Assembly: GCA_963709425.1 (NCBI GenBank)
Contig: CAVPWG010000005.1
Span: 856,030 to 920,029 of the forward strand
Origin: an uncultured Actinomycetes bacterium
Lineage (GTDB): Bacteria > Actinomycetota > Thermoleophilia > Gaiellales > JAICJC01
DNA length: 64,000 nucleotides
Reading direction: 5' to 3'
Positions 38,447 to 48,382 of this stretch are shown piece after piece. Under the pieces are notes generated by a model, which had not been told where the DNA came from, did not search any database, and was given only the letters and a program-made list of their open reading frames with translations. Made by a program: the position numbers and the translations under genes. How positions within the stretch are numbered: position 1 is the first letter of the stretch; every line of letters starts with the position of its first letter.

Positions 38447-39417
38447 CCTCGCTCACGGACGGCCGCAAGCCCGGCCGCCATCCGGCTGACCAGCTCCGCG
38501 GCGGGCTCGACCGCGGTGACGAGGCCGACGCCCTGGCCCGCGTAGAGGCACATGGCCTCGAGGTCCCCGGTCGTCGTGCGGCGAGGCTCGTCCGCCGCAT
38601 ACCGCTCGATATCGACGCCGTCGCGGCGCGCGACGACCTCGCCCTCACCCGGCCGCGAGCCGGCCGGCGGGCGGCCGGCCTCGTCCCAGCGCCGGTAGGT
38701 GGTGTTGCGGAGGACGCGATGCGGCGCGTCGGGCCAGCCGCCGTCGAAGAGCCCGGTCAGCACGGTGTCGGCGGCCGACGCCTCGAGGAGCCGCGCCGCC
38801 CAGTCCGGATGGACGTCGGCCTCCGGCGTCGCCAGGAAGCGCGTGCCCATGGCCACGCCGACCGCGCCGGCCGAGACGGCGGCCAGCGCCCCACGCGCAT
38901 CGGCGATGCCGCCGGCGGCGATGACGGGGACCGGCAGCAACCGGGAGAGCTCCCCGACCAGAGCCAGTAGGCCGATCTCGCCCTGGACGTGGCCACCCGC
39001 CTCGACGCCCTGCGCCATGACCGCGTCGCAGCCCGCCTCGACGGCCGCGTCCGCCTCCGCGGGCGTCCCGGCCTGCGCGACCACGAGGCACCCGCCGGCG
39101 TGCGCGCGGGCGACGAGGTCGGAGCGGATCCCCCACGAGAACGAGATCACCTCGACGCCCTCGGCCACGGCGATCTCGAGGCGCTCGTCCTGCTCAAACG
39201 CCAGCACGAGATTCACGCAGACCGGCCGCTCGGTGGCCCTCCGGATCTCGCCGATCTGGGCCCGGAGCACGGCCGGCCCGGTCCACGATGCACCGAGCGA
39301 CCCGAGCCCCCCGGCCTCCGACACGGCCGCCGCCAGCGCCGGCGTGGCCGCCGGGCCGATCGGCGCCTGCATCAACGGCACGCGCCATGGGAGCCGGCTG
39401 TCGGTCGGGGGCGGCAC
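38443..39417 (-). CDS. Nitronate monooxygenase / FMN-dependent NMO (FabK-like) family oxidoreductase
   Basis: 324 aa. Contains MQAPIGP, QGVEAGGH and AAGGIADARG. GTG start. 4-nt convergent overlap with the previous gene. Confidence 0.85.
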   Translation of the reverse strand: MPPPTDSRLPWRVPLMQAPIGPAATPALAAAVSEAGGLGSLGASWTGPAVLRAQIGEIRRATERPVCVNLVLAFEQDERLEIAVAEGVEVISFSWGIRSDLVARAHAGGCLVVAQAGTPAEADAAVEAGCDAVMAQGVEAGGHVQGEIGLLALVGELSRLLPVPVIAAGGIADARGALAAVSAGAVGVAMGTRFLATPEADVHPDWAARLLEASAADTVLTGLFDGGWPDAPHRVLRNTTYRRWDEAGRPPAGSRPGEGEVVARRDGVDIERYAADEPRRTTTGDLEAMCLYAGQGVGLVTAVEPAAELVSRMAAGLAAVRERG

Positions 39418-39438
39418 GCCGGCGATCGTACTCGGCGC

Positions 39439-40347
39439 CTACGGCACGACGATCTCGTAGATGTCGCTTGCCGTCGTCCGGCTCGTGCACCGGAGCTTGT
39501 CGTAGTACAGGTCGGTGCCGCTTGAGGCGTCAGGCGTTGCCTGCGTCCTCGTCAGCACGTCGTGCCCCGGCTTGAAGGACACCAGGACATGCGGGCCGCC
39601 CCCAAGCGGCTCTCGCACGAGGCGGACGTTCTGGCCGCATGCGGCGCCGGAATGGACGAAGTAGACCGTGCCGTCCGCGGTCACCGACGGCGCGTACTGG
39701 AACCGGCCGCGGAGGGAGTTGGGAATGCGTGTCCTCGTCCCCGCACCGATGTCGTAGCGGTAGACGTTGCAGACTCGCCGGCAGACGGCCCAGACGGCCC
39801 AGTTGCCGCTGACCTGCCCGGGGTGGATGGCGATCTCGCCCGACGTGTCCGTTGCGAGCACGATCGTCTCGCCCGTCGTCGTGTTGTGGAGGAACGCCCT
39901 GTCGGCATGCGAGCCGAGCCTGCCGAAGAGGATCCACTGCCCCGACATCGTCGGCGCGTACTCGAGACCCGCCGTGTTGATGCCCGGCGGCGCAGAGAAC
40001 GTCTCGGTCGTGGCGTTCCACACCCGGATCCGGCTCGTGAACGTGTTGAGGTTGATCTGGTCGAAGATCACCTGGTCGCGGTCGACACCCCCGGCCTCAC
40101 CAACGGTGCCGGGTGCATTCAGCCGCACGCGCGCCCCTCCGCCGACTTCCGCCCACACGTTGTCGACCTCCGGGTTCCTCACCGAGTTCTGCGACCACGC
40201 GAAGATCGCGCCGCCGGCCGCGGGCAGCTCCTCGCGCAGGGGCGTGTTCTTCATCGGCACCTGCTGGAGGGCCGCTTCGGCCGTGCCTCCGAGCGCCGCC
40301 AGGCACACGACGGCCGCCACGGCGACCCCGATCAGACGATGGATCAT
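39439..40347 (-). CDS. Secreted hypothetical protein, TolB/PD40-like propeller repeats
   Basis: ORF 39439..40446(-) trimmed to ATG 40347 (signal MIHRLIGVAVAAVVCLAALGGTAEA). Repeats of the type YAPTMSGQWILF, VSGNWAVWAV and YAPSVTADGTVYFV. Confidence 0.6.
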   Translation of the reverse strand: MIHRLIGVAVAAVVCLAALGGTAEAALQQVPMKNTPLREELPAAGGAIFAWSQNSVRNPEVDNVWAEVGGGARVRLNAPGTVGEAGGVDRDQVIFDQINLNTFTSRIRVWNATTETFSAPPGINTAGLEYAPTMSGQWILFGRLGSHADRAFLHNTTTGETIVLATDTSGEIAIHPGQVSGNWAVWAVCRRVCNVYRYDIGAGTRTRIPNSLRGRFQYAPSVTADGTVYFVHSGAACGQNVRLVREPLGGGPHVLVSFKPGHDVLTRTQATPDASSGTDLYYDKLRCTSRTTASDIYEIVVP

Positions 40348-40432
40348 GACTGCTCCTTCCCTCGAGATCGACACGCGACCGAGGCTAGGAGCCGGGACGT
40401 CTCGGCGCGTCCGGGACCTCCCCACTCCTGCG

Positions 40433-43198
40433 CTACGAGTCGCCAAGCGCGGCCGGCCCGGGCCTCCGGGCCGCGAGCTCGGCGCGGTTTCGCACGCCGA
40501 GCTTCCGGTAGATTCGCGACAGGTGGGCCTCCACGGTCTTCTCGCTCATCCAGAGTGCCCCGGCGATCTCCTTGTTGCGCTTACCCTCCGACACGAGGCT
40601 GGCCACCTCGAGCTCGGCGGGCGTGAGCTCGTCGCGCTGGGTCGCCTCGCGCCGGAGCACCTTGCCGCTACGGGCGAGCGCCGAGGCGGCCTGCTCCTCC
40701 CACAGAGTCGCGCCGAGCCGCTCGAACCCGGTGCGCGCCTCCTCCAGGAGCTCCCGGGACTCGACCCGCCGCCCGCTGCGCCGCAGCGCGTCCCCCCATG
40801 CCATCGCGGTGCGGGCGGCGGCGAACGGGTCTGCGGCGCCCGCATGGAGCTCGGAGGCCCGGGCGAAATGGGCTTCGGCGTCGTCGCCGGCCACGGCCAC
40901 GGCACGCTCCGCCACCGCGAGGGCCGACTCGCGGCCCGACCGGAGGGCCTCGGCGTGGAGCGCGCCTGCGGCCGCGACGGCCTCGTCGCCCCGTCCGCAT
41001 CGCGCAAGCGCCTCGGCGAGATCGGCGCTGATCACGGGGTGGGTCGTCGCGTCGGCGATGCCGCACTCGCGCTTGATCGCGAGTGCGAGCGCGAGGTGCT
41101 CAGCGGCGGCGTCTGCAGCTCCCGCGGCAAGCGCATGATGGCCTCGACAGGCGTGCACGCACATCATCTGATAGGGCAGCTCCAGCCGATCCGACAACTC
41201 GAGCTGTTGCGCCAGGGCCTCGTCGTCGAGCCGGCCCTGGGCCGCCGCGATCCAGGTGAGGATGCTGAGCCCCCAGCATTCGTCGTTCGCGCGCCCGAGC
41301 TGCCGCGCAAGGCGGACGGCGCGCTGGCCGTCGGCCTGCGCCCCCTCCCACGCGCCGGTTGTCCGTCGCAGCCAGGCACGGCTGATCAGCGGGTAGGTGA
41401 GCGCACCGGGGGCCGACTGCTCGCACTCGTCGATGAGCTCGTCGAGCGTCTCGGACGCGGCCTCGATCCGCTCGGCGAACGCCAGCGTCATCCCGAGGTA
41501 CGCTCGCAGCTGCAGGTCGTCCTCGACGGAAGGCGTGTGCGCGACGTCCCTGGCGACGGCGTCGATGTCGCTCTCGGCGGCCGTGGTGTCGCCGAGGAAG
41601 ACGAGCGACGCCGCCCGGGCGATGCGCGCCAGCAGGCCGAGCGGATCGCCGGCCGCAGCGAGCTCGAGCGCCCGGCCGGCGGCATCCAGTGCCTCCTGTG
41701 GTCGGCCGGCGCGGATCGACGGGTCGACGCATTCGATGTAGAGCGTCGCGGCGGCGTGGGCATCGGCGTCCTCGAGGCGCCGGGCGGCTCGCAGGAGGCG
41801 CGAGCTCGCGACCCTGGTCGAGCGGCTCCGGGCCTCGATCCGCCCACGGACGAGCTCGACCCTGGCAACGTCGCCGGGCTCCGGCCCGTCGCGTTCGATC
41901 TCGGCCAGGATCGCCTCGGCGGACGGACCCTGGCCGCTGGCCTGTGCGGCATCCGCCGCCGCGAGGAGCCGGCGGATCCGGGCCCGCGGCTCGACGCTGA
42001 GCGCCGCGGCCCGCTGATACCACTCGACCGTCGCGATCGCCCCGCCGCGGAGCCGGACGTCCGACGCCAGCCGCTCGACCGAGTCGGCAAGCTCCTCGTC
42101 GGGCTCGGTCGCCGCCGCCGCACGGTGCGCCACGCGCTCCCATTCGAGCTCCGACTCCACGCACGCCGCCGCAAGCGCGTCGTGGGCCCGGCGCCGGTCG
42201 GGTCCGGTCGCCGAGGCATAGACGGCCGACCGGATCAGCGGATGGCGGAACCCCAGCTTGCCCGGCTCGAGCCGTACGAGCCCGTCGTCCTCGGCGGGGG
42301 CGAACGCGTCGTCGTTCAGCCCGGCTCCCGCCAGCGCGCGACGGATCACCACCGCCCGGTCGGATTGGCACGTGGCGAGGAGAAGCAGCGCCTCACGGCA
42401 GGAGTCCGGGAGCGCCTCGACCATGCGCGCGTACGTCTCCGCGAGGCTGGAACGGCCGGGCTCGAACCGCCCGTCGTCGCTCCGTGCCAGCTCGAGGAGC
42501 GCGAGCGGGTTCCCGGCGGCGTCACGCACAGCGCTCTCGAGCCCGTCGGGCGCGAGCCCGCGCTCGTCGAGCAGCTCGCGCGCCTGGTCGGCCGTCAGCG
42601 GCTCCGGGTTCACGGACGGAAGGTCGGCGGGGCCCTTCGAACGCGTCGCGATCAGGAGCGCCACACGGTCAGCGGCGATGCGCCGGGCCGCGAAGGCGAT
42701 CGCCTCCCCCGAGGCCGCGTCGAGCCAGTGGGCGTCGTCGACCAGCGCCAGCACGGGCCGCTCCTCGGCCGCGGCGCAGAGCAGGTTGAACGCGCCCATG
42801 AGCACCGCCAGCCGGTCGACCGGCTGCGTCGGCCCTATGGCAAGCGCGCTCCTGAGCGCCTCGGCCTGCCGTCCGGGCAGGTTTGGTGCGAGGTCGGCAA
42901 GCGGCGTGAGCAGATCGACGAGGCCGACGAACGGCACCGACGCCTCGGTCTCAACTCCACGGGCGCGCACGATCCGCATATCCGTGCTGCTCGCAGCCGC
43001 GTGCTCGAGGAGCGATGTCTTCCCGATTCCGGGCTCGCCCGAGACGACGAGGGCGCCGCCGTTTCCGGCGCGTGCGTCGTCAAGCAGACGTTCGATGCGC
43101 AGGCACTCGTCCCCCCGGCCCACCAGCATGCCTACGAGTGTACCGATTGTCGCAACCCTGCGGAATCCGGGTCGGAATCGGGGTTTCCCCGACGCCAC
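40433..43198 (-). CDS. LAL-type (large ATP-binding LuxR family) transcriptional regulator
   Basis: 921 aa. N-terminal P-loop GEPGIGKTS, TPR-like middle region, and a C-terminal LuxR HTH (LTPAELEVASLVSEGKRNKEIAGALWMSEKTVEAHLSRIYRKLGV). The start may be ATG 43129. Confidence 0.9.
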   Translation of the reverse strand: MASGKPRFRPGFRRVATIGTLVGMLVGRGDECLRIERLLDDARAGNGGALVVSGEPGIGKTSLLEHAAASSTDMRIVRARGVETEASVPFVGLVDLLTPLADLAPNLPGRQAEALRSALAIGPTQPVDRLAVLMGAFNLLCAAAEERPVLALVDDAHWLDAASGEAIAFAARRIAADRVALLIATRSKGPADLPSVNPEPLTADQARELLDERGLAPDGLESAVRDAAGNPLALLELARSDDGRFEPGRSSLAETYARMVEALPDSCREALLLLATCQSDRAVVIRRALAGAGLNDDAFAPAEDDGLVRLEPGKLGFRHPLIRSAVYASATGPDRRRAHDALAAACVESELEWERVAHRAAAATEPDEELADSVERLASDVRLRGGAIATVEWYQRAAALSVEPRARIRRLLAAADAAQASGQGPSAEAILAEIERDGPEPGDVARVELVRGRIEARSRSTRVASSRLLRAARRLEDADAHAAATLYIECVDPSIRAGRPQEALDAAGRALELAAAGDPLGLLARIARAASLVFLGDTTAAESDIDAVARDVAHTPSVEDDLQLRAYLGMTLAFAERIEAASETLDELIDECEQSAPGALTYPLISRAWLRRTTGAWEGAQADGQRAVRLARQLGRANDECWGLSILTWIAAAQGRLDDEALAQQLELSDRLELPYQMMCVHACRGHHALAAGAADAAAEHLALALAIKRECGIADATTHPVISADLAEALARCGRGDEAVAAAGALHAEALRSGRESALAVAERAVAVAGDDAEAHFARASELHAGAADPFAAARTAMAWGDALRRSGRRVESRELLEEARTGFERLGATLWEEQAASALARSGKVLRREATQRDELTPAELEVASLVSEGKRNKEIAGALWMSEKTVEAHLSRIYRKLGVRNRAELAARRPGPAALGDS

Positions 43199-43245
43199 GC
43201 GGCGGCTGCCCTCCTAGCTTGGGACGGTCATCTTCGGAGGAGGCG

Positions 43246-43815
43246 ATGCGGGTGGGCAGGGCACGGACATTCATTCGGTGGGCTACGGTCGGGTCGGCCG
43301 TCGTCATCGTCGCCGCCGCGGCCGGTTGCGGTGGCGGCGTCGGCGGCGGCCCGGGGGTCTCGGCGAGCACGACGCCGGCCGGGACGCCTACGTCGACGGC
43401 AACGTCGCCCGAACGGACGGTCGACCCGGCGGTCGCGCACTGGGCGAGGGCCTGGAAGCGGAAGATCGAGGCCCCGATGGAACGTGCGACCACCAGGCTG
43501 GCCGCGAACGTCGGACCTGAGCTCGCGGGCAGCTCGGTGGCGGCATACCGGATGACGCCGGCGTTGAACGCGCTCTCGAACTGCCGAAACCCACTCGACC
43601 TCGGCCTCGTGCAGACGCCTCCCGAGCTGGCCCGGGCACGGAGGCAGACGATCCGCGCCTGCCGCGTGATCTACGTCGGCACGGACGCCGTGATCGCCGG
43701 ACTGAACGCGCTCAACAGGACGACCGCCGATGCCGGGATCGCTCGGGTGCGCCACGGCGTCGCCATGCTCCGGCGGATCGGGCACGAGGTGAAGCGAGCG
43801 GCGCGGCCGCGGTGA
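43246..43815 (+). CDS. Lipoprotein, hypothetical
   Basis: ORF 43015..43815(+) trimmed to ATG 43246, preceded by GGAGGAGG. Lipobox VAAAAGC. Confidence 0.6.
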   Translation: MRVGRARTFIRWATVGSAVVIVAAAAGCGGGVGGGPGVSASTTPAGTPTSTATSPERTVDPAVAHWARAWKRKIEAPMERATTRLAANVGPELAGSSVAAYRMTPALNALSNCRNPLDLGLVQTPPELARARRQTIRACRVIYVGTDAVIAGLNALNRTTADAGIARVRHGVAMLRRIGHEVKRAARPR

Positions 43816-43842
43816 CCCCGCGTGTGGCACCCTGCCGCGTAG

Positions 43843-44481
43843 ATGCGAATCGCGATCGTTGGGGCCGGTGCGATGGGGTCAGCGCTCGGGCGGAGCCTGG
43901 CGGGCGCCGGCCACGACGTCACCATCGGCTCCCGCGATCCCGGGCGCGCCGCCAGGCTCGCCGCGCGCCTCGGGGCCGCGGCCGGCGCCGACAACGCCGG
44001 TGCGGCCGCTGCGAGCGAGGTCGCGGTCCTCTCCGTGCCGTGGCAGGCGGTGCGCGACGTGGTCACCGGCCTGCCGCTGAGCGGGAAGATCCTGATCGAC
44101 GCCACCAATCCCTACCTGGACGACACCTTCGACGGCCGGGATGCGGTCTGGTCGGTGCGCGAGGAGCTCCCGCCCGGCGAGTCCGGCGCGTCGGTGGTCC
44201 AGGGCCTCGCGCCCGGCGCGCGAGTCATCAAGGCCTTCAACCACATCTGGGCGAGCGCCGTGCAGCGAGGCTTCGGGCCGGTCCGCCCGGCGGTGTTCGT
44301 GTGTGGCGATGACGCGGCTGCCCGCGAGATCGTCGCCGGCCTTGCGCGCGACATCGGGTGCGATCCGCACGACGCGGGCGGACTCGAGCGGGCGCGCTGG
44401 CTCGAGGCGCTGACGCCGCTCGTCGTCGCGCTCGGCGACCCGGCCGACGCCCTCACGATGACGCGCGTCGCCGACGGCTAG
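43843..44481 (+). CDS. NADP oxidoreductase, coenzyme F420-dependent family (Npd-like)
   Basis: 212 aa. Rossmann IAIVGAGAMGSALG, plus IDATNP and KAFN blocks. Confidence 0.8.
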   Translation: MRIAIVGAGAMGSALGRSLAGAGHDVTIGSRDPGRAARLAARLGAAAGADNAGAAAASEVAVLSVPWQAVRDVVTGLPLSGKILIDATNPYLDDTFDGRDAVWSVREELPPGESGASVVQGLAPGARVIKAFNHIWASAVQRGFGPVRPAVFVCGDDAAAREIVAGLARDIGCDPHDAGGLERARWLEALTPLVVALGDPADALTMTRVADG

Positions 44482-44867
44482 TCAGCCCACCAGCCCTGGG
44501 CCATCTCGACCTCGCTGGGGTCGTCGCCGGCACCGAAGGCCAGGTATTCCACCCCGTCGGGGCCCGCCTCGACGTTGCGCATCGTGTCCTTGTCGATCCG
44601 GATCGCGTCCCACTGCCCGAGCTGGACGATCTCGTCCTCGACCTTGATCCTCGCCGACCCGTTGGTCACGACGTAGACCTCCTCCTGGCCGACGTGCTTG
44701 TGGCCGAACGGGATCCGAAAGTTGGGCGCGAGCCGAAACAGGCTCAGGCCGAGCTCCCGGCCCTCGAGCGGCGTCCGCGCGAAACGCGCCTCGAGCTCGG
44801 CAGGCATCCCGAAGTTGGGGGCCTGGTTCTCGACCTGGGTCAGGTTCTGCTTCGTGTAGCCGCCCAT
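44478..44867 (-). CDS. Cupin-domain protein
   Basis: 129 aa. Cupin motif GHKHVGQEEVYVVTNG...G. Confidence 0.75.
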   Translation of the reverse strand: MGGYTKQNLTQVENQAPNFGMPAELEARFARTPLEGRELGLSLFRLAPNFRIPFGHKHVGQEEVYVVTNGSARIKVEDEIVQLGQWDAIRIDKDTMRNVEAGPDGVEYLAFGAGDDPSEVEMAQGWWAD

Positions 44868-44923
44868 AGTGACCTCCTCGTTGCGCCGACCAGCGTTCGT
44901 ACCCGCGGGACCGGGTCGGGAAA

Positions 44924-45457
44924 CTAGGCGCGGGGGGCGGCGTCGCGTGGGGTGCAGCGAGGGTCGTGGAAGGCGGCGAGGCGCACGAGTAGGCCGTGCA
45001 GCGCCTCGCGCTGGCCCGGGTCGAGCGGGGCGAGGAACTCGTCCTCCAGCTTGCCCACGATCGTGCGCATCTTGCCGAGCGCCTTTCGGCCGTCGGCCGT
45101 CAGCTTCACCACGTGCCGGCGACGGTCTTCCGGGTCGCGCTTTCGCACGACCATGTCCCGTTCCTCGAGCTCGTCGAGCAACCGCACGAGGTGGCCGCGG
45201 TCGTACCCGAGCGCGTCGGCGATCACCGCCTGCGTCTCGCGCGGGTCCTCCTCCAGCAGTGCGAGCACTGCGAAGTGGAACGGGCTGAGCCCGGTGCCCT
45301 CGAACGCGTCGTGGGAGTGGTCCTTGGCCGCGAACCCGAGCCGCTTCAACAGGAAGGTCGTGCTCGAGAGCAGCTCCTTGGGAGGGCCAGCCACCACCGG
45401 CGATCTCACGATATGGGGTTCCGTCACGTTCACCTCTTGGAAGTGTAGCGCGTCCAA
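44924..45457 (-). CDS. MarR-family transcriptional regulator
   Basis: 177 aa. wHTH ETQAVIADALGYDRGHLVRLLDELEERDMVVRKRDPEDRRRHVVKLT. Divergent from the MFS efflux gene. The start may be GTG 45427. Confidence 0.9.
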   Translation of the reverse strand: MDALHFQEVNVTEPHIVRSPVVAGPPKELLSSTTFLLKRLGFAAKDHSHDAFEGTGLSPFHFAVLALLEEDPRETQAVIADALGYDRGHLVRLLDELEERDMVVRKRDPEDRRRHVVKLTADGRKALGKMRTIVGKLEDEFLAPLDPGQREALHGLLVRLAAFHDPRCTPRDAAPRA

Positions 45458-45508
45458 GCGTTCGTGTGTGCTATCGTTGCACGCACTAACGATTCATTGG
45501 AGCAATAG

Positions 45509-46978
45509 ATGACACAAGCCTCGATCACAACCCAAGACAGCCGGCGCAGGTGGCTGGCGCTGGCGGTCGTCGTGGCAGCGCAGTTCATGGTCGTGCTGGA
45601 CATCGCCATCGTGAACGTCGCGCTGCCGTCGATCCAGACCGACCTGCACTTCGCGCAGGAGAACCTCCAGTGGGTGATCAGCGCATACGCGATCCTCTTC
45701 GGCGGTGCCCTGCTGCTCGGCGGCCGTCTGGCGGACATCTTCGGCCGGCGACGGCTCTTCATGCTCGGGCTCGCCCTCTTCTCCGGCGCCTCGCTCCTGT
45801 GCGGCCTCTCCTGGTCGGAGGAGTCGCTGATCGGCTTCCGGGCGCTTCAGGGCCTCGGCGGTGCGCTGCTCGCGCCGGCCACCCTGTCGATCCTGATGAC
45901 GACCTTCGCTGAGGGCGCCGAGCGAAACCGCGCGCTCGGCATCTGGGGAGCGGCCTCGGGCAGCGGCGGGGCGGCCGGCGTCCTGCTGGGCGGCTTCCTC
46001 ACCTCCTATCTCAGCTGGCCGTGGGTTTTCTTCATCAACGTCCCGGTGGGCATCGCGGTGATCGCTGCGGCGCCGTTCGTCCTCGCTGAGAGCCGGGGTC
46101 AGCACGGCCACCGGCACTTCGACGTCGCGGGGGCGGCCTCCGTCACCTCCGGCGTCATGATGCTCGTCTACGCGATGACGCGGGCGACCCAGGACGGCTG
46201 GGGAAGCACCGCCACGCTGTCCCTGCTGGGCGGCTCGGCCGTGCTGATCGCTGCGTTCCTGGTGATCGAGCATCGCTCGCCTGCACCGCTGCTTCCGATG
46301 CGGATCTTCCGCCTCCGGTCGCTGTCGGCCGCCAATGCCACGGCGGTCATGATCGGCGGGATCGCCTTCTCGCAGTTCTTCCTCCAGACGCTCTACATGC
46401 AGGACGTGCTCGGGTACTCGGCGATTCGCACCGGCGTCGGCTTCGCCACGGTCACGCTCACGATTATCGTGTTCTCGAACGTGGCGCAGCGGCTCGTCAC
46501 GCGGTTCGGCGTCCGGAGCGTCCTGACGGCGGGGCTCCTCCTGGACTCGCTATCGCTCGCGCTCTTCACCCAGCTTCCGGCCGACGGGCACTACTTCTGG
46601 GATCTCTTCCCGGGCATGCTCGTCGGCGGCGTCGGGCTCGCGCTCTCGTTCGTCCCTGTGACGATCGCGGGCCTGACCGGCGTCCACCGGGCGGACGCGG
46701 GCATCGCGTCGGGGCTCATCAACACGAGCCGCCAGGTCGGCGGCGCCGTGGGCCTCGCGGCGGTCTCGACGATCGTGACGGCATCTGCGACCGGAGGGTC
46801 GGCGGCGGCCGTGGACGGAGCCCTCACGAACGGCTTCCAGACCGGATTCCTGGTGCTTTCCGGCGTCGCGCTGCTGGGCGCCGTCATCGCGGCGACCCTG
46901 CTCGCCCCGCCGCCCGAGGGCGCCGAGGTGGAGCTCTTCAACCGTGACGACCCAACCCCGCTCGAGGAGGCGGCCTGA
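45509..46978 (+). CDS. MFS drug:H+ antiporter, DHA2 (EmrB/QacA, 14-TMS) family
   Basis: 489 aa. Contains LDIAIVNVALPSI and GRLADIFGRRRLF. Confidence 0.9.
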   Translation: MTQASITTQDSRRRWLALAVVVAAQFMVVLDIAIVNVALPSIQTDLHFAQENLQWVISAYAILFGGALLLGGRLADIFGRRRLFMLGLALFSGASLLCGLSWSEESLIGFRALQGLGGALLAPATLSILMTTFAEGAERNRALGIWGAASGSGGAAGVLLGGFLTSYLSWPWVFFINVPVGIAVIAAAPFVLAESRGQHGHRHFDVAGAASVTSGVMMLVYAMTRATQDGWGSTATLSLLGGSAVLIAAFLVIEHRSPAPLLPMRIFRLRSLSAANATAVMIGGIAFSQFFLQTLYMQDVLGYSAIRTGVGFATVTLTIIVFSNVAQRLVTRFGVRSVLTAGLLLDSLSLALFTQLPADGHYFWDLFPGMLVGGVGLALSFVPVTIAGLTGVHRADAGIASGLINTSRQVGGAVGLAAVSTIVTASATGGSAAAVDGALTNGFQTGFLVLSGVALLGAVIAATLLAPPPEGAEVELFNRDDPTPLEEAA

Positions 46979-47202
46979 TGACGATGATGCACCTTCCCAG
47001 CCACTCCGACCGGGACATCGTGCTCGGACGTGAGATCGACGACCTGCTTCTGCGCCTGCGCGGGCTGGTGCTGGTACGCGACCTGCTCGCCGAGCGCGGC
47101 GCCACGACCGCCGAGATCGACGAGCACGCCCGGGAGGCCGACCGGGTGCGGGCGCGTCTCGCGGCGCTGATCGGCGGTCACGACGGGGCGGCCGCGGCGT
47201 GA
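46978..47202 (+). CDS. Small hypothetical helical protein
   Basis: 74 codons with GC-rich third positions. TGATG overlap with the MFS stop and GTGA overlap with the SDR start, so it is coupled on both sides. Confidence 0.5.
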   Translation: MTMMHLPSHSDRDIVLGREIDDLLLRLRGLVLVRDLLAERGATTAEIDEHAREADRVRARLAALIGGHDGAAAA

Positions 47203-48017
47203 CGCAGGTGGTGCTCGTGACGGGGGCGACGGACGGGCTCGGCAGGGCCGTATCGGTCGAGCTGGCCCGGTCCGGCGCCACCGTTCTCGTACACGGGCGC
47301 ACCCGCGACGGAGCCGAGAAGGCGGTGGCCGAGATCCGCGCCGCGTCGGGAAGCGAGCTTCTGCGGGCCTGCGTGGGCGACCTGGCGTCGCTCGCGCAGG
47401 TCCGCTCTCTGGCCGAGAGCGTCGTGGCGACGGAGCCGCGGCTGGACGTGCTTGTGAACAACGCCGGGATCGGGACGGTGGAGCCGGGAGGAGGGGCGCG
47501 GGTGGAGAGCGCGGACGGGCACGAGCTGCGGTTCGCGGTCAACTATCTGGCGCCGTTTCTCCTGACGCGGCTGCTCGAGCCGCTGCTTCTCCGGTCCGCT
47601 CCAGCCCGGATCGTGAACGTCGCGTCGGCGGGCCAGGCACCGGTCGACTTCGACAACGTCATGCTGGAGCGAGACTACGACGGCAGCCGCGCCTACAGCC
47701 AGAGCAAGCTCGCCATCGTGATGGCGACATTCGACACTGCGGAGCGGCTCGCCGGACGGAGCGTGACGGCGACGTGTCTTCATCCGGGCACGTACATGCC
47801 GACCAAGATGGTGCTGGCCGCGGGCGTCGACCCGGTCGACTCGCTGGAGTCCGGCGTCCGTGCGACGCTGCGGCTGATCGCGGATCCCGTGCTCGACGGA
47901 GTCACGGGCCGGTACTTCGACCACCTCCAGGAGGCACGCGCCCGGCCGCAGGCCTACGACCCGGACGCGCGGGCGCGGCTGCGGGCCGTGAGCGAGCGAC
48001 TCGTCGCAGAGCGCTGA
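47199..48017 (+). CDS. Short-chain dehydrogenase/reductase (SDR)
   Basis: 272 aa. Contains VTGATDGLGR, NNAG and YSQSK. Confidence 0.9.
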   Translation: MTQVVLVTGATDGLGRAVSVELARSGATVLVHGRTRDGAEKAVAEIRAASGSELLRACVGDLASLAQVRSLAESVVATEPRLDVLVNNAGIGTVEPGGGARVESADGHELRFAVNYLAPFLLTRLLEPLLLRSAPARIVNVASAGQAPVDFDNVMLERDYDGSRAYSQSKLAIVMATFDTAERLAGRSVTATCLHPGTYMPTKMVLAAGVDPVDSLESGVRATLRLIADPVLDGVTGRYFDHLQEARARPQAYDPDARARLRAVSERLVAER

Positions 48018-48115
48018 CGGGGGCCGGTCCGTGGTAGCATGCCGCCTGTCAAGAACGTTTGTTCGGTTGCGCATCCGCTCTTCCTTACTCGTTCATTCAG
48101 TGTGGGGGAGGTGTT

Positions 48116-48322
48116 ATGTCAACCGGAACTGTGAAGTGGTTCAACGACGCGAAGGGCTACGGCTTCATCGCGCCTGACGAGGGATCGAAGGATCTCTTCG
48201 TCCATCACTCCTCGATCGCCGGCGACGGCTTCAAGTCGCTTGTCGAAGGATCGAAGGTGGAGTACGAGAGCCGTGAGGGCGCCAAGGGCCCCGAGGCGAC
48301 CAACGTCGTCCCCGTCTCCTAG
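48116..48322 (+). CDS. cspA: Cold-shock protein, CspA family
   Basis: ATG 48116 is preceded by [23 protein letters not shown] (RNP1) and DLFVHHS (RNP2). 68 aa. Confidence 0.95.
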   Translation: MSTGTVKWFNDAKGYGFIAPDEGSKDLFVHHSSIAGDGFKSLVEGSKVEYESREGAKGPEATNVVPVS

Positions 48323-48338
48323 GTCGTAGGCATCGACC

Positions 48339-48366
48339 GTGTGGGGACGCCTCGCGCTCCCCACAC
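48339..48366. terminator. Hairpin between the convergent csp and desaturase genes (candidate bidirectional terminator)
   Basis: 9-bp stem GTGTGGGGA / TCCCCACAC with a 10-nt loop, read directly. Confidence 0.45.
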
Positions 48367-48382
48367 GGCGGGCCCCGGTCGC

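Noticed and set aside
39767-43555. 1262-aa plus-strand ORF. Similar cases: 30759..33314(-) at 851 aa, 54867..56840(-) at 657 aa, 9573..11246(+) at 557 aa, 15495..17222(+) at 575 aa.
   Set aside because: All are antisense to genes with clear family motifs (LAL regulator, GGDEF-EAL, CDP-alcohol transferase, GGDEF/HD-GYP, APC permease). All have junk-like Arg/Gly/Pro composition.
45473-45493. Short inverted repeat ATCGTT-N9-AACGAT in the MarR/MFS divergent intergenic region, as a possible MarR operator.
   Set aside because: Only 6-bp arms, which is expected by chance. It is plausible but not supportable without comparative or binding data.
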